DNA from: Acidimicrobiia bacterium
Lineage (GTDB): Bacteria; Actinomycetota; Acidimicrobiia; Spongiisociales; ZC4RG35
Reading direction: 5' to 3'
Length of the DNA: 64,000 nucleotides
Assembly (NCBI GenBank): GCA_965203555.1
Contig: CBDBCY010000004.1
Span: 2,432,001 to 2,496,000, forward strand
This document shows positions 1 through 10,759 of the stretch, one piece after another. The position numbers were made by a program, and so were the translations under genes. The notes below the pieces were generated by a model. That model was not told the DNA's origin. It saw only the letters and a list, made by a program, of their open reading frames with translations, and did not search any database. Each line of letters opens with the position of its first letter. Position 1 is the first letter of the stretch.

Positions 1-791
1 ACCGCCAGGGCCTGGTCGCCGACGGAGTCGTAGGCCTCAGTTCCTGGCTGAAGATGTTCCCCGGCGCAAAAGTGCAGGAGGGTGGTCCCCCGGCGCCGGA
101 GGAAGGCGACGGCGACGGGCCGGCCGCTGAAGCGCCCCCCTATCCCGGCAGCCCCCTGAGAATGGGATCGCGCGGCGCCGACGTCGTGACATGGCAACGC
201 GCCCTGGGCATAGCGGCAGACGGCTACTTCGGTCCCCAGACCGCCGGCGCCACCAGGACCTGGCAACAGGCCAACGGTTTGGAGGCCGACGGAATAGTGG
301 GTCTCGACTCCTGGCGCCGCATGTTCACCGGAGCAGGCCCATCAGACTCTTCCCCGGTGAATCGAACCTCCTCGGCGCTGCTGGAAGAGGGGGACACGGG
401 CCCCAGTGTGGAGAAGTGGCAGCGGGCTCTGGGGATCGAGGTAACGGGGGTGTTCGACGCCGATACGGTGGCTCGCACCAAGGCTTGGCAGCGCGAGCAG
501 GGGATCGCCGCCGACGGCAAGGTCACCCAGACATCCTGGGATCGCATGTTCTCCGACGAAGTCGTCGCCCCTGTCGATAACTGCCCTCTCCCCCAGGTGT
601 TGGAATCGGAATCGGGGTGCACCGGCCCCAGGGTGGAGAGATGGCAGCGGGCTCTGGGGATCGAGGTTACGGGGGTGTTCGACGCCGATACGGAGGCGCA
701 CACCAAGGCTTGGCAGCGCGGTCAGGGGATCGCCGCCGACGGCAGGGTAACCGAAACATCTTGGTACCGTATGTTTCCTGATGAGGAATGA
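1..791 (+). CDS. Peptidoglycan-binding-domain repeat protein (5' partial)
   Basis: Frame open to window edge; repeated PGBD motifs (GSRGADVVTWQRALG...DGYFGPQT...WQ...GL.ADGIVG); last two repeats near-identical at DNA level; overlaps tkt start. Confidence 0.85.
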   Translation, partial: RQGLVADGVVGLSSWLKMFPGAKVQEGGPPAPEEGDGDGPAAEAPPYPGSPLRMGSRGADVVTWQRALGIAADGYFGPQTAGATRTWQQANGLEADGIVGLDSWRRMFTGAGPSDSSPVNRTSSALLEEGDTGPSVEKWQRALGIEVTGVFDADTVARTKAWQREQGIAADGKVTQTSWDRMFSDEVVAPVDNCPLPQVLESESGCTGPRVERWQRALGIEVTGVFDADTEAHTKAWQRGQGIAADGRVTETSWYRMFPDEE

Positions 792-2709
792 ATCTTTAGC
801 GGTAGCGGTGGTCAAAGGTCTGGCCATGGATGCGGTCCAGCGGGCCAACTCCGGCCATCCGGGAATGCCGATGGGAATGGCCGACATAGCAGTGACGCTT
901 TGGTCTCGTTTTATCAAGGTGGATCCTGATTGTCCGACCTGGCCGGACCGGGACCGCTTCGTGCTCTCCAACGGTCACGGCTCGATGCTGCTCTACGCCA
1001 TGTTGCATCTGTCCGGTTTCCCGATCTCGATGCAGGACCTGAAGAACTTCCGGCAATGGGGGTTCCCCACCGCCGGCCATCCCGAGCGGGAGCCGGAGTT
1101 GGGCATCGAGACCACCACCGGACCCCTTGGCCAGGGCTTCGCCAACGGAGTGGGGATGGCCATAGCCGAGGAACATCTTCGCGCCCGGCTGGGGGCCGAT
1201 CAGGTGGACCATCACACCTACGGTTTCGTATCCGACGGTGACCTCATGGAGGGAGTGGCGGCCGAAGCGGCGTCTCTGGCCGGGCATCTGGGCTTGGGGA
1301 AACTGATCTACTTCTACGATGACAACCGTATCTCGATCGACGGCACAACCGATATCACGTTCTCCGAAGATGTCGGCGCCCGGTTCAACGCGCTCGGTTG
1401 GCACACCTTGTCGGTCGACGGCCACGACCGGGAGGCGGTGGCGGAGGCGACCCTGCAGGCTCTGAACACTGACGAACAACCGTCACTGATCATCTGCCGG
1501 ACCCACATCGGGGCGGGTTCTCCCAACAAGGTGGACACTCCCGGGGCTCACGGAGCGCCGCTGGGCGCCGAAGAGGTGAGACTGGCCAAGGAGAACATCG
1601 GGATACCGCCGGAGGAGGACTTCTGGGTGCCGGCGGAGGTTTACAGCTTCATGTCGGATGCTATGGGGCGGGGAAGGGCCGCCCGCCGGGAATGGGAGAG
1701 TCGGGAACGCTCCGCCGATTGGCACACCCTTCATACCCACCAACCGGTGAGGCTGGATTCCCCGGAGTTCGAGCCGGGCGCTGGCGTCGCTACCCGGAAT
1801 GTGTCGGGAAAGCTCTTCGGCCAGATCGGTGAGAAGGCGCCCGGTCTGATCGGGGGAGCGGCCGATCTGGCCGAGTCCACCAAGACGGTGCTGCCCGGCG
1901 ATCGGGGATTCTCCCGCACCAATCGCCTGGGCCGGAACATGCATTTCGGTGTCAGGGAGCACGGAATGGGAGGAATCGTCAACGGCATGGCTCTGCATGG
2001 TGGCCTGCGGCCCTACGGATCCACCTTCTTCGTCTTCACCGACTACATGCGTCCTTCCATCCGGCTTTCGGCCCTGATGGAACTTCCCTGCATCTGGGTG
2101 ATGACCCATGACTCCGTCATGTTGGGAGAGGACGGTCCCACCCATCAGCCCGTTGAGCATCTCGCCAGCCTGCGGGCCATGCCCGGGCTGTGGGTCATCC
2201 GGCCGGCCGACGCCACCGAGTCGGTGGAGGCATGGGAGATGGCTCTCAACCGGACCGAGGGTCCCACCGTGCTGGTGTTCAGCCGCCAGGGACTACCGGT
2301 GCTTGATCGATCGGCCGCCGACGGGGGACCGGCGCAGGGCGGGTACGTGCTCCGTCCCGGCGAAGACGTGGTGATCGTTGCAACCGGATCGGAGGTCTCG
2401 TTGGCATTGGACGCCGCAGAATTGCTTGAACCCCAGGGGGTCTCTGCCAAAATTGTCAGCCTTCCCTGCTGGGAGGCCTTCGAAGAGCAGGATGACTCCT
2501 ATCGAGAACATGTCCTCGGCGACGGCATTCCCCGGGTGTCGGTGGAGGCAGGCGCCACCTACGGCTGGGAACGGATCGTCGGTTCGGAGGGTTTGGCTAT
2601 CGGAATCGACCGGTTCGGAGCTTCGGCGCCTTACAAGGTGCTGGCCCGGAATTTCGGCTTCGACCCCCAGACCGTTGCCGAGCGAGTGTTGTCCCATCTC
2701 TCCGACTAG
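781..2709 (+). CDS. tkt: Transketolase
   Basis: SGHPG, DRDRFVLSNGHGSMLLY, GPLGQG, TPP motif SDGDLMEG, FGVREH, THDS..GEDGPTHQP. Confidence 0.97.
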   Translation: MRNESLAVAVVKGLAMDAVQRANSGHPGMPMGMADIAVTLWSRFIKVDPDCPTWPDRDRFVLSNGHGSMLLYAMLHLSGFPISMQDLKNFRQWGFPTAGHPEREPELGIETTTGPLGQGFANGVGMAIAEEHLRARLGADQVDHHTYGFVSDGDLMEGVAAEAASLAGHLGLGKLIYFYDDNRISIDGTTDITFSEDVGARFNALGWHTLSVDGHDREAVAEATLQALNTDEQPSLIICRTHIGAGSPNKVDTPGAHGAPLGAEEVRLAKENIGIPPEEDFWVPAEVYSFMSDAMGRGRAARREWESRERSADWHTLHTHQPVRLDSPEFEPGAGVATRNVSGKLFGQIGEKAPGLIGGAADLAESTKTVLPGDRGFSRTNRLGRNMHFGVREHGMGGIVNGMALHGGLRPYGSTFFVFTDYMRPSIRLSALMELPCIWVMTHDSVMLGEDGPTHQPVEHLASLRAMPGLWVIRPADATESVEAWEMALNRTEGPTVLVFSRQGLPVLDRSAADGGPAQGGYVLRPGEDVVIVATGSEVSLALDAAELLEPQGVSAKIVSLPCWEAFEEQDDSYREHVLGDGIPRVSVEAGATYGWERIVGSEGLAIGIDRFGASAPYKVLARNFGFDPQTVAERVLSHLSD

Positions 2710-2715
2710 CGATCG

Positions 2716-3378
2716 GTGATCCCTGCCGGCGCAACTTTCGGTCCTGCCGCTTTCATGGCTGCCTGGGCCGGTGGATTGGCTCTCACCCTGCCCCTGGCGG
2801 TCCGGTGGAAGGTGGCCAAGCGGGGCTACCAGATGCTGGGAGGGGGGGCCTCGGCGCTTCTGATGATCTATCCGGCCCTTCGTTCCTGGTGGGCGGCGGC
2901 AGGATTGGTCCTGGTGGCGGCGGCGGTTTTGAGATCGGGGAGGAGCGGGTATTCCTCCCTGGTCATCCCCGGCGCCGTCCTGGCGCTGTTCTCTTCGGCT
3001 CTGATCGCGGGCTGGGTTGCCGCCATTGCCGCCGGCGCGGCGCTGGGAGGGATCACCTCCACCATGCTTTTGGGCCACTGGTTCCTGGTTGACCCCACCC
3101 TGCCTCGTTGGGCGGTGCGGCGCCTCGACCTTCTGGCCGGCGCCGGACTGGTCCTGAGCTTGACGGCCGGGTGGCTGAACGGAGCTGCTCCCTATGACGG
3201 GGGCGCCTTGGGGTGGGCCCTTGCCGCGTTGGCGCTGGTGAGCGCAGCGTTGGTGGCGGGAACTTGGTTCGCTCTGGGTGAGACCGGTTACTCGGGTGTG
3301 ATGGCGGCAACCGGCCTCTCCTACCTGGGTGTCGTTACGGTAGCCGGCGTGGTGTTTCTCAACCACTTGATGGTTTAG
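2716..3378 (+). CDS. Hypothetical integral membrane protein
   Basis: About 7 hydrophobic segments, MLLGHWFLV.P motif; 6 nt after tkt stop. Confidence 0.7.
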   Translation: MIPAGATFGPAAFMAAWAGGLALTLPLAVRWKVAKRGYQMLGGGASALLMIYPALRSWWAAAGLVLVAAAVLRSGRSGYSSLVIPGAVLALFSSALIAGWVAAIAAGAALGGITSTMLLGHWFLVDPTLPRWAVRRLDLLAGAGLVLSLTAGWLNGAAPYDGGALGWALAALALVSAALVAGTWFALGETGYSGVMAATGLSYLGVVTVAGVVFLNHLMV

Positions 3379-3398
3379 AGGATTAGGGTGTGTTCACG

Positions 3399-3540
3399 TG
3401 AACCGCCCCGGATTCATCGGAGAATGTTTTGTGTGAGTAATTCTCCGGTTGTTGGTGGTTGTTGTCTGTGGTGGTGGACCTCTTTTTTCGGCGGGTGGGA
3501 TGTCTCCGATGGGTTCGAGGAGTCTGCGGTGGTTATGTGG
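3399..3540 (-). mobile_element. IS3-family remnant (right end plus transposase C-terminal fragment)
   Basis: TGAACCGCCCCGGATTCATCGGAGA resembles IS6110/IS51-group terminal IR; minus strand reads HNHRRLLEPIGDIPPAE(fs)E..., the typical IS3 transposase C-terminus. Confidence 0.75.
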
Positions 3541-3591
3541 AGTCGGCGTTGACCTGTTTGACCGGGTGGCGGACGGACTACACTCGGAAAT

Positions 3592-4689
3592 GTGACGCCG
3601 ACCGGTGGTTCTTCGGGTTCCGACCGGCCTCCTCCTTGGCTCAATCGCTGGTTGGGCACGGTCGCTTTGGCGGTGTTGGGGATTGCGGCGGTGGTGTGGG
3701 TGATGAGAGAGTTAACCGCCCTTTTGGTGATGGTCTTCGTCGCCCTGTTCCTGGCGGTGGGGCTTGTTCCGGCGGTGGACTGGCTGGAGAAGAAAGGATG
3801 GGGTCGCCGATGGGCGACCGCTGCGGTCTTTGCGGTGGCCCTGGTGCTGATAGTGGTGTTTTTGGCTACCCTGCTGCCTCTTTTGATCAGCCAGGCTGCG
3901 GAGATCGCCGTCAAATTGCCCGACTATCTGGCCACCGTGGAGGATTGGCTGGGACAGTACCTGAACGTCGATCTGGACGGCGCCATCCGTTCCCAACTGA
4001 CGGATATCGGGGCGCTTATCGAGCAGTACGGGGGCCGACTGACCGAAGGGGCGCTGGCGGTGGGTGGCACTTTGGCGACCGCGGTCTTCCAGGTGATGAC
4101 CGTTTTGCTGTTTGCCTTCTACATCGTGGCGGACACGCCCAGGATGCTGCGCCTGGTGCTTTCGCTCTTCTCCGCCCGCCGTCAACACCTCCTGCTGCGG
4201 ATCTGGGAGGTCTCCATAGAAAAGACCGGCGGGTATATCTATTCGAGGTTGATTCTGGCAGGGCTGTCGGCGGTGATCACCACCGTGACGCTGGCCCTGC
4301 TCTCGGTGCCCTATCCGGTGGCGCTGGGAATCTGGATGGGGGTGATATCCCAGTTTTTGCCCGTGATCGGCACCTATGTCGGGGGAGCGCTCCCGGTCTT
4401 CATCGCCCTGGTCGAGAACCCGATCACCGCCCTGTGGGTCCTGATTCTGATCGTCGCCTACCAGCAGATCGAAAACCTGATCATCTCTCCCCGGGTCACC
4501 TCCCGCACCATGGCCGTCCACCCGGCGGTCTCGGTGGGGGCGGTGATCGCCGGCGGATACCTGATGGGAGCGGTGGGAGCGGTCCTGTCGCTGCCGGTGG
4601 TCGCCATAGTGCAGTCCTTGATCTCCACCTCGCTTCGACACCATGAACTGGTAGTGGAGATAGAGGACAGCACCGGCCGGGAGGAATAG
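3592..4689 (+). CDS. AI-2E family (PerM/TqsA-like) transporter
   Basis: Multi-TM; FLPVIGT, YQQIENLIISPRV, VHPAV, GAVLSLP motifs. Confidence 0.9.
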   Translation: MTPTGGSSGSDRPPPWLNRWLGTVALAVLGIAAVVWVMRELTALLVMVFVALFLAVGLVPAVDWLEKKGWGRRWATAAVFAVALVLIVVFLATLLPLLISQAAEIAVKLPDYLATVEDWLGQYLNVDLDGAIRSQLTDIGALIEQYGGRLTEGALAVGGTLATAVFQVMTVLLFAFYIVADTPRMLRLVLSLFSARRQHLLLRIWEVSIEKTGGYIYSRLILAGLSAVITTVTLALLSVPYPVALGIWMGVISQFLPVIGTYVGGALPVFIALVENPITALWVLILIVAYQQIENLIISPRVTSRTMAVHPAVSVGAVIAGGYLMGAVGAVLSLPVVAIVQSLISTSLRHHELVVEIEDSTGREE

Positions 4690-4967
4690 ACCGACCATCG
4701 GACACCCGCCCCACCCCCTCGAACAGGCCCGGGCCCGGCCGATTAGGGGCGAAAACCACCGCCGGCGCCGATCAGCGCCAAGGTCGACACGAGCCTCAAA
4801 ACAATGCCGGGCACACTCCACGGTGCCCGGCACACCCCGGACACCGGATCCGAACAGGTTCGTCGGGTACGGTTGGTTCGCTCCGCCGCCGGTGGGGTTC
4901 GGTCTTCATGATTCCTTCACATTCGTTGGTTTACGCTCCCTTTTCGTCGCTGAGAAAGGAGACATCT

Positions 4968-5318
4968 ATGAGCAGACGAATGCGAATGGCCGCCGCCGCG
5001 GCCGGCCTGTTGATTGTCGGGGTGGCCGGCGGGATTCTGATGGGCGGCCGGGCGGGAGACAACGACGGTGAGATGGTCGGGAACACCGGTTTCGTGAACC
5101 GGGTGGTGGAGAATCTCGGAATGGACAAGGATGTGGTTCGGGACGCCGTCGACGGGGCGAAACAGGACGAGGAAGACGGTGGGAAAGGGACGTTTGCCTC
5201 CCGGCTGGCCGAGAACCTCGACCTCGAGGAGTCACAGGTTCGAAACGCTTTGGACCGGGCGAAGCGGGAGACACTCCGAGAGCGGGTCCGCGCCAATCCG
5301 GGGTCGGACCTCGGATAG
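4968..5318 (+). CDS. Small secreted/membrane-anchored hypothetical protein
   Basis: RBS GAAAGGAG before ATG 4968; N-terminal hydrophobic helix; two ENL..D/E..VR.A.D.AK repeats; precedes two-component system. Confidence 0.7.
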   Translation: MSRRMRMAAAAAGLLIVGVAGGILMGGRAGDNDGEMVGNTGFVNRVVENLGMDKDVVRDAVDGAKQDEEDGGKGTFASRLAENLDLEESQVRNALDRAKRETLRERVRANPGSDLG

Positions 5319-5353
5319 GGATTCGATGTGTCCGACGAAAGGCCGACGAGATC

Positions 5354-6124
5354 TTGAAGCCTTCAGGTGATCGGCCCGAGGAGCCCGGCATCCACCGGGA
5401 ATGGCAGTATTCTGGGACTGCCGGAAGGTTGAAGGCGGGTTGCACGGTTCTGATCATCGAGGACGACGAGCACACCACCGAACTGGTGCGCATGTACCTG
5501 GCTCGGGACGGTCACAGGGTGGTGGCGGCGGCTGACGGCTCCGAGGGCCTGGAGGTCGCCGCCGCCGCCCGTCCGGATCTGGTGGTGCTCGACCTGATGC
5601 TTCCGGGACTGGACGGGATGGAAGTGTGTCGAAGGCTCCGAGAGACCACGGATGTGCCGGTGATCATGTTGACTGCCCGCGTGGACGAGGCCGACCGGCT
5701 GGCCGGACTCGATCTCGGCGCAGACGACTACGTCACCAAGCCGTTCAGCCCCCGGGAGTTGGCGGCGAGGGTCCGGGCGGTGTTGAGACGGGTCTCCCGT
5801 GAAGCGGGTCTGAGCAGACCGGGGAAGATGCGGCGAGGGGAGGTTACCGTTCACCTGGGTTCCCGCCGGGTTCGCGTGGGGGAGCGTTCCGTGGCGCTCA
5901 CCCCCACCGAGTTCCATATTCTGGTGGTGCTGATCCGCGAACCGGAGCGGGTGTTCACCCGCGAGGAAATTATCGATGAGGTATTCGGTTACGACTTCTT
6001 CGGCTTCGACCGCACGGTGGATGCGCATGTGTCGAACCTCCGGCGCAAGTTGCGGGGTGACGGGGAAGCGGCCGGTTGTATCGGGACGGTCTACGGTGTC
6101 GGGTACAGATTCGACCGCCTTTAG
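5354..6124 (+). CDS. OmpR/PhoB-family response regulator (true start may be ~5446)
   Basis: VLIIEDD, LDLMLPGLDG, GADDYVTKPFSPREL, winged helix RTVDAHVSNLRRKL...TVYGVGYRF. Confidence 0.95.
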   Translation: MKPSGDRPEEPGIHREWQYSGTAGRLKAGCTVLIIEDDEHTTELVRMYLARDGHRVVAAADGSEGLEVAAAARPDLVVLDLMLPGLDGMEVCRRLRETTDVPVIMLTARVDEADRLAGLDLGADDYVTKPFSPRELAARVRAVLRRVSREAGLSRPGKMRRGEVTVHLGSRRVRVGERSVALTPTEFHILVVLIREPERVFTREEIIDEVFGYDFFGFDRTVDAHVSNLRRKLRGDGEAAGCIGTVYGVGYRFDRL

Positions 6125-6148
6125 GCTTCCCGGAGCCCGGAGGGGGTC

Positions 6149-7516
6149 ATGATCCGCAGAGTCCCGGCCAGTCTCTGGTTCAGGCTGGTAGTCGGTTTCG
6201 CGGTGACGCTTTTTGCGACGTTGCTCGGTGTCGGTCTCTACCTGAACCGGGTGGCCACCCGGGAGACAACCCTCTTCGATACGGACACCGGGGAGATCCG
6301 GGCGGCTCGTGTGGAAGAAATCGTGTCCGGGTATCTGCGGGGCCGGTCGGGGCAGGTCCACCTCCAGGACGCCGTGGAGAGCGCCGGCCGGCTGTACGGC
6401 TGGCGGATCGTGGTCCTCAACCGGGACGGGACGCCCTTGGCGGACTCTCACGTCGCGGCGGCCCGGCAGGAGATAGGCGAAACGCCCGGCAGCAGGAACA
6501 TACCCGTCGTGGACGAAGGACGAAAGGTGGCCTCGCTGCTGGTGGAGAGCCTCCCCCAACCCGAGGAAGGAACCGAACCGACCGCTTCCCGGATCGCTGC
6601 CTCCCTGAACCGGTCTCTACTCTACGCAGGTCTGGTCGGCGGCCTGGGCGGTATCGCGCTGGTCGCGCTCGTATCGGGCCGGATGCTCGGACCGGTGCGC
6701 CGGCTGAGCGACGCGGCCCGGCGCCTGGGGCGGGGTGACCTGAACCAACGGGTACCCTCCCCCGGACGAGACGAACTCGGTGAACTGGGGCGAAGCTTCA
6801 ACACGATGGCCTCCCGGCTCCAACGCGCCGAGCAACGGCGCCGCGACCTGATAGCGGACGTGACCCACGAACTGAGAACGCCCCTCTCGAACATCCAGGG
6901 ATACCTGGAAGCGGTGAAGGACGGCCTGATCGAACCCGACCCCGGAACTATCGATACCATCGCCGGCCAGACATCGCTGCTCTCCCGCCTGGTGGAGGAC
7001 CTGAAAGTGCTGGCGCTGGCGGAAACCGGTTCACTGAGGCTGGATCGGCGGCACATGTCGCTCCTGCCGATAGTGCACGCCGCGATCGAGTCATTCGCTC
7101 CCCGCGCGCTGGCGAAGGACATCGAACTGACCATTGAGGCGCCCTCCCACCTGCCGGCGGTCGAGATCGACCCCGAACGTCTCGCCCAGGTAACCGCCAA
7201 CCTGGTCGAGAACGCCATCGTCCAAACACCCGAAGGGGGCACAGTGCGCCTTGTGGTGGAAGCCGGGCCAACCCTGGTCAGGGTCACCGTCGAGGACACC
7301 GGACCCGGTATCCCACCCGACGACCTGAAACGCGTCTTCGACCGCTTCTATCGGGTGGACCCGTCCCGCACCCGGTCGACGGGCGGCGCGGGCCTCGGAC
7401 TCACCGTAGCCAAACAACTCGTCGAAGCCCACGACGGCGCCGTCCAGGCTCGGAGCACCCCCGGAATCGGCAGCCAGTTCACCTACGAACTCCCCGTGGG
7501 TCGACGAGACGCCTGA
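6149..7516 (+). CDS. HAMP-domain sensor histidine kinase (BaeS-like)
   Basis: Two TMs, HAMP, H-box DVTHELRTPL, N-box NLVENAI, DTGPGI, FDRFYRVD.SR, GGAGLGL. Confidence 0.95.
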   Translation: MIRRVPASLWFRLVVGFAVTLFATLLGVGLYLNRVATRETTLFDTDTGEIRAARVEEIVSGYLRGRSGQVHLQDAVESAGRLYGWRIVVLNRDGTPLADSHVAAARQEIGETPGSRNIPVVDEGRKVASLLVESLPQPEEGTEPTASRIAASLNRSLLYAGLVGGLGGIALVALVSGRMLGPVRRLSDAARRLGRGDLNQRVPSPGRDELGELGRSFNTMASRLQRAEQRRRDLIADVTHELRTPLSNIQGYLEAVKDGLIEPDPGTIDTIAGQTSLLSRLVEDLKVLALAETGSLRLDRRHMSLLPIVHAAIESFAPRALAKDIELTIEAPSHLPAVEIDPERLAQVTANLVENAIVQTPEGGTVRLVVEAGPTLVRVTVEDTGPGIPPDDLKRVFDRFYRVDPSRTRSTGGAGLGLTVAKQLVEAHDGAVQARSTPGIGSQFTYELPVGRRDA

Positions 7517-7626
7517 AAGAATGGGCGACGTCGAGGGCACGCGCGCCCATCCGAAGCTCTGGCCTTCCGTTCCTCCCGGACCCGGACTCCTCCCGGTAAC
7601 GGAAAGGCTAGGGGACGCTAAGGTGG

Positions 7627-10524
7627 ATGACAGCATGCATTGCTACGGAGGATGCGGATGAGTGCAAAGGTGAACCAGAGGTAGAGGATTTGGAGAGTGT
7701 AGGGGGTTCGAGTTTTTCAAGGCGGAAGAGGTCAGCGTCCGGGCGGGTGGCGTTCCTGGTGGGTGTCGCGGTGCTGTGCCTGTCGGCGGTTGTGCCTGTC
7801 GGTCTGCAGACACCCGTCCGGGCGTCCGGGGCGGCGGTTCGGGCTGTTACCGGAACGCCGGGCGCCGACGGGGTGGGTGACAGTTTCTTTCCCAAGCTGG
7901 GCAACGGCGGTTATGACGTAGCCCACTACCACATAGATATGGACATCGACATTTCCGACTTTTCGGTGGTGGCGGTCACCACCGTCACCGCCACCGCCAC
8001 CCAGGACCTGTCGGCGTTCAACTTAGACTTCAGCGGCTTGACCGTTAGCGCGGTGACCGTGGACGGCGCCGCGGCCGGGTTCTCCCGCAGCGGCACCGAG
8101 TTGACCGTCACCCCGTCCGCGCCCCTGGCTGATGAGAGCGAGTTCACCGTTGCGGTCAGCTATTCGGGAACGCCTTCTCCGACGCCCGACCCCGCCGCTA
8201 CTCACACCGACGGTGTCGGCTGGCAGACCCGCAGAGGCGCTTCCTATCCCTTGGGGGTTATCTTCGTCGCCAGTCAGCCGTCGGGGGCTATGACTTGGTT
8301 CCCGTGCAACAATCACCCGTCCGACAAGGCGACGTTCGAGTTCGAGATCACGGTTCCCGACACGGTTACGGCGGCTGCCACCGGAGTTCGCGAGAGCGAA
8401 GTCACCGCAGACGGCTTCACCACTTCCGTGTGGAAGATGGAGGATCCCATGGCCACCTACCTGGCGGCGGTGTATGTGGGCGACTTCCTGCGCCAGGAGG
8501 TCCGGGCCGGGGGCGATCCCCTGATTCGCAACTACGTTCACCGCGGCAAGTCGGCGCCGGGACTCTCCGTCGTGTCGGAGGCGCTGGCTCTTTTCGAGGG
8601 GATTCTGGGCGACTTTCCCTTCGACGTCTACGGGGGGATCGTCATGCCCTTCGACCTCGGATACGCCTTGGAGAACCAGACCCTGACTCTTTTCGGCGCC
8701 GATACCGTCGACGACGCTTTTATCGTGGCGCACGAACTGGCGCACGAGTGGTTCGGCAACTCCTCCTCGGTGGGGGACTGGAGCGATATCTGGCTGCACG
8801 AGGGCTTCGCCACATATTTGCACTACACGTACCTGGCCGAAAAACACAGCGTCAGTATGGATTTCTATATGGGCAGGAACAGGAACCTGGCCGTCAGAGC
8901 CAACGCGCAGCCGCCGAAAAAGATCTCCGTCTCCCAGATGTTCAACTGGTTTTCGGTGTATCTTCGCGGCGCTCTCACCTTGCACGCTCTGCACAGGGAG
9001 GTGGGTGACACGGTGTTCTTCCAAGTCCTCAGGGCCACGCACGATCGAACGGCGGGCGGCAACGTCAGCACGGAGAAGTTTCTGGGCATCGTGGAGGAAC
9101 TTGCCGACCGGAAGGCCGTGGCAGTGGTGAACAGTTGGCTCAACAGCGCCGCGGTCCCCAGGCTGAACGAGGCGCCCCGGTTCCCGGCTGCGGAGACGGG
9201 GCGGCGCGGCGTGGCCGAAGGGACCCCGGCGGGACGGGACATCGGAGTTCCCTTCACGGCTGTGGACCCCGACGAGGACGAACTGGTCTACACGGTATCG
9301 GGAAGGGACGCCGACCACTTCGAGTTCGACGCCGCGGCGGGGCAGTTGAGAACCAGGAACCCTCTCGACCACGAGCAGGATGCCAGCTACATGTTCATCG
9401 TCCGGGTCGCCGACCACAGGAACGACAGCAACCAGTACAACACGAGCATCGACGACACGATTACCGTCACCATCGATGTCATCAACGTCGAAGAGCCGGG
9501 TGTCATCGCTCTCTCCACGAAGGAACCGAGAGCGAATACCACCGTCAGAGCCGTCCTCGCCGATCCCGACGGTGGAATCTCGGGAGTCAGATGGAAGTGG
9601 GAGACTTCGGAAGACCCGAACGGGCCCTGGACCGAGATCACCGGCGCCTCCGGTAATGGGCACACACCGGCCGAACAGGATGTCGGCGGCTATCTTCGCG
9701 TGAGCGCCTCCTACACCGACCGGCATGGACCTGACAAGACGGCCGGTCCGGTCGCGAGCAACCGGATACTGCCCGCCAGAACCGGTGGAGGCGGGGGTGG
9801 CGGTAACGGGGGCGGTAACGGGGGTGGTGGTGGCGGTGGTGGCGGTGGCGGTGGTGGTGGTGGTGGCGGTGGTGGCGGTGGAGGCGTCGCCCCTGGAGAG
9901 GGCGGGGAGGAACCGCCGCCTCCCGCGTCGGAACTGTTCACCGACGTGGTCCCAGGGGTGTGGTACGAACCAGCCGTCACATGGATGATTCTCCACGAGA
10001 TCACCTCGGGCTGCGCCTCGGGGATGTTCTGCCCCGAAAGCGAACTTACCCGCCGGCAATTCGTCACATTCCTGTGGAGGGCCGCAGGTCGACCCGCCCC
10101 GACCTACAGAGGATCGGAGGCCTTCGCCGACGTAACAGAAGGCGAGTACGCCGACGAGGCCGTGGGCTGGGCGGTTTCCAACGGAGTCACGGTGGGATGC
10201 ACCGCCGGGAAGTTCGGCGATCCGGACTGGCGGTTCTGCCCCGCGGACCCGGTCACCCGAGGTCAGATGGCGACTCTCCTTTACCGACATGTGGATGCCG
10301 ACTATGAAGGAAGACCCCCTACCTACACGGATGTCGAACCCGGCAGGGTACACACCCGCGGCATCGTCTGGCTGACCGACTTCCAGGTAGTACCCGGGTG
10401 CGGGCCGAACCTGTTCTGCCCCGACCGCCACGCCGCCCGGGCAGAAGCAGCCTTGTTCATCAACGGGGTGGCCATCCGGCCGCACATCTGGGGCGAGGGC
10501 AACACCGCCCTGCTGCCGGACTGA
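7627..10524 (+). CDS. Secreted M1-family metalloaminopeptidase with cadherin-like domain, Gly-rich linker and C-terminal SLH-like domains (start may be downstream)
   Basis: GNGGYDV.HY N-terminus; YALEN; HELAHEWFGN...WLHEGFATY; cadherin-like A.DPD...LDHE...NVEEPG; SLH-like GC...FCP...VTRGQMATLL. Confidence 0.9.
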   Translation: MTACIATEDADECKGEPEVEDLESVGGSSFSRRKRSASGRVAFLVGVAVLCLSAVVPVGLQTPVRASGAAVRAVTGTPGADGVGDSFFPKLGNGGYDVAHYHIDMDIDISDFSVVAVTTVTATATQDLSAFNLDFSGLTVSAVTVDGAAAGFSRSGTELTVTPSAPLADESEFTVAVSYSGTPSPTPDPAATHTDGVGWQTRRGASYPLGVIFVASQPSGAMTWFPCNNHPSDKATFEFEITVPDTVTAAATGVRESEVTADGFTTSVWKMEDPMATYLAAVYVGDFLRQEVRAGGDPLIRNYVHRGKSAPGLSVVSEALALFEGILGDFPFDVYGGIVMPFDLGYALENQTLTLFGADTVDDAFIVAHELAHEWFGNSSSVGDWSDIWLHEGFATYLHYTYLAEKHSVSMDFYMGRNRNLAVRANAQPPKKISVSQMFNWFSVYLRGALTLHALHREVGDTVFFQVLRATHDRTAGGNVSTEKFLGIVEELADRKAVAVVNSWLNSAAVPRLNEAPRFPAAETGRRGVAEGTPAGRDIGVPFTAVDPDEDELVYTVSGRDADHFEFDAAAGQLRTRNPLDHEQDASYMFIVRVADHRNDSNQYNTSIDDTITVTIDVINVEEPGVIALSTKEPRANTTVRAVLADPDGGISGVRWKWETSEDPNGPWTEITGASGNGHTPAEQDVGGYLRVSASYTDRHGPDKTAGPVASNRILPARTGGGGGGGNGGGNGGGGGGGGGGGGGGGGGGGGGGVAPGEGGEEPPPPASELFTDVVPGVWYEPAVTWMILHEITSGCASGMFCPESELTRRQFVTFLWRAAGRPAPTYRGSEAFADVTEGEYADEAVGWAVSNGVTVGCTAGKFGDPDWRFCPADPVTRGQMATLLYRHVDADYEGRPPTYTDVEPGRVHTRGIVWLTDFQVVPGCGPNLFCPDRHAARAEAALFINGVAIRPHIWGEGNTALLPD
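9784..9885 (+). repeat. GGN microsatellite encoding poly-Gly linker
   Basis: (GGT/GGC)n run, ~34 codons. Confidence 0.9.
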
Positions 10525-10759
10525 GACCCCGACGGGTTGCACCTCGATCGTTTGCGCAAACCGAAGAGGCAACGCTGTCGCGATCAGCCATGAGGAAAGC
10601 CCTTTGATTGCCCGGCGGCCCCGGGGACTTCAACTCAACGGGCGAAACGCCCTCTCTCCTCCCGCCGCCCCGTCTTGTGCGGGTCGATCTCCCTCCTCGG
10701 GGGTTGCCGTTCGACCAAGCGGTCCCGGCTCTCGAGTCTGCGGCCGGTGCTGATGGTGA

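Noticed and set aside
8023-10572. Long antisense ORFs (849 aa here; similar ones opposite S8, pcrA, sucC)
   Set aside because: Shadow ORFs typical of high-GC codon bias, opposite well-supported genes.
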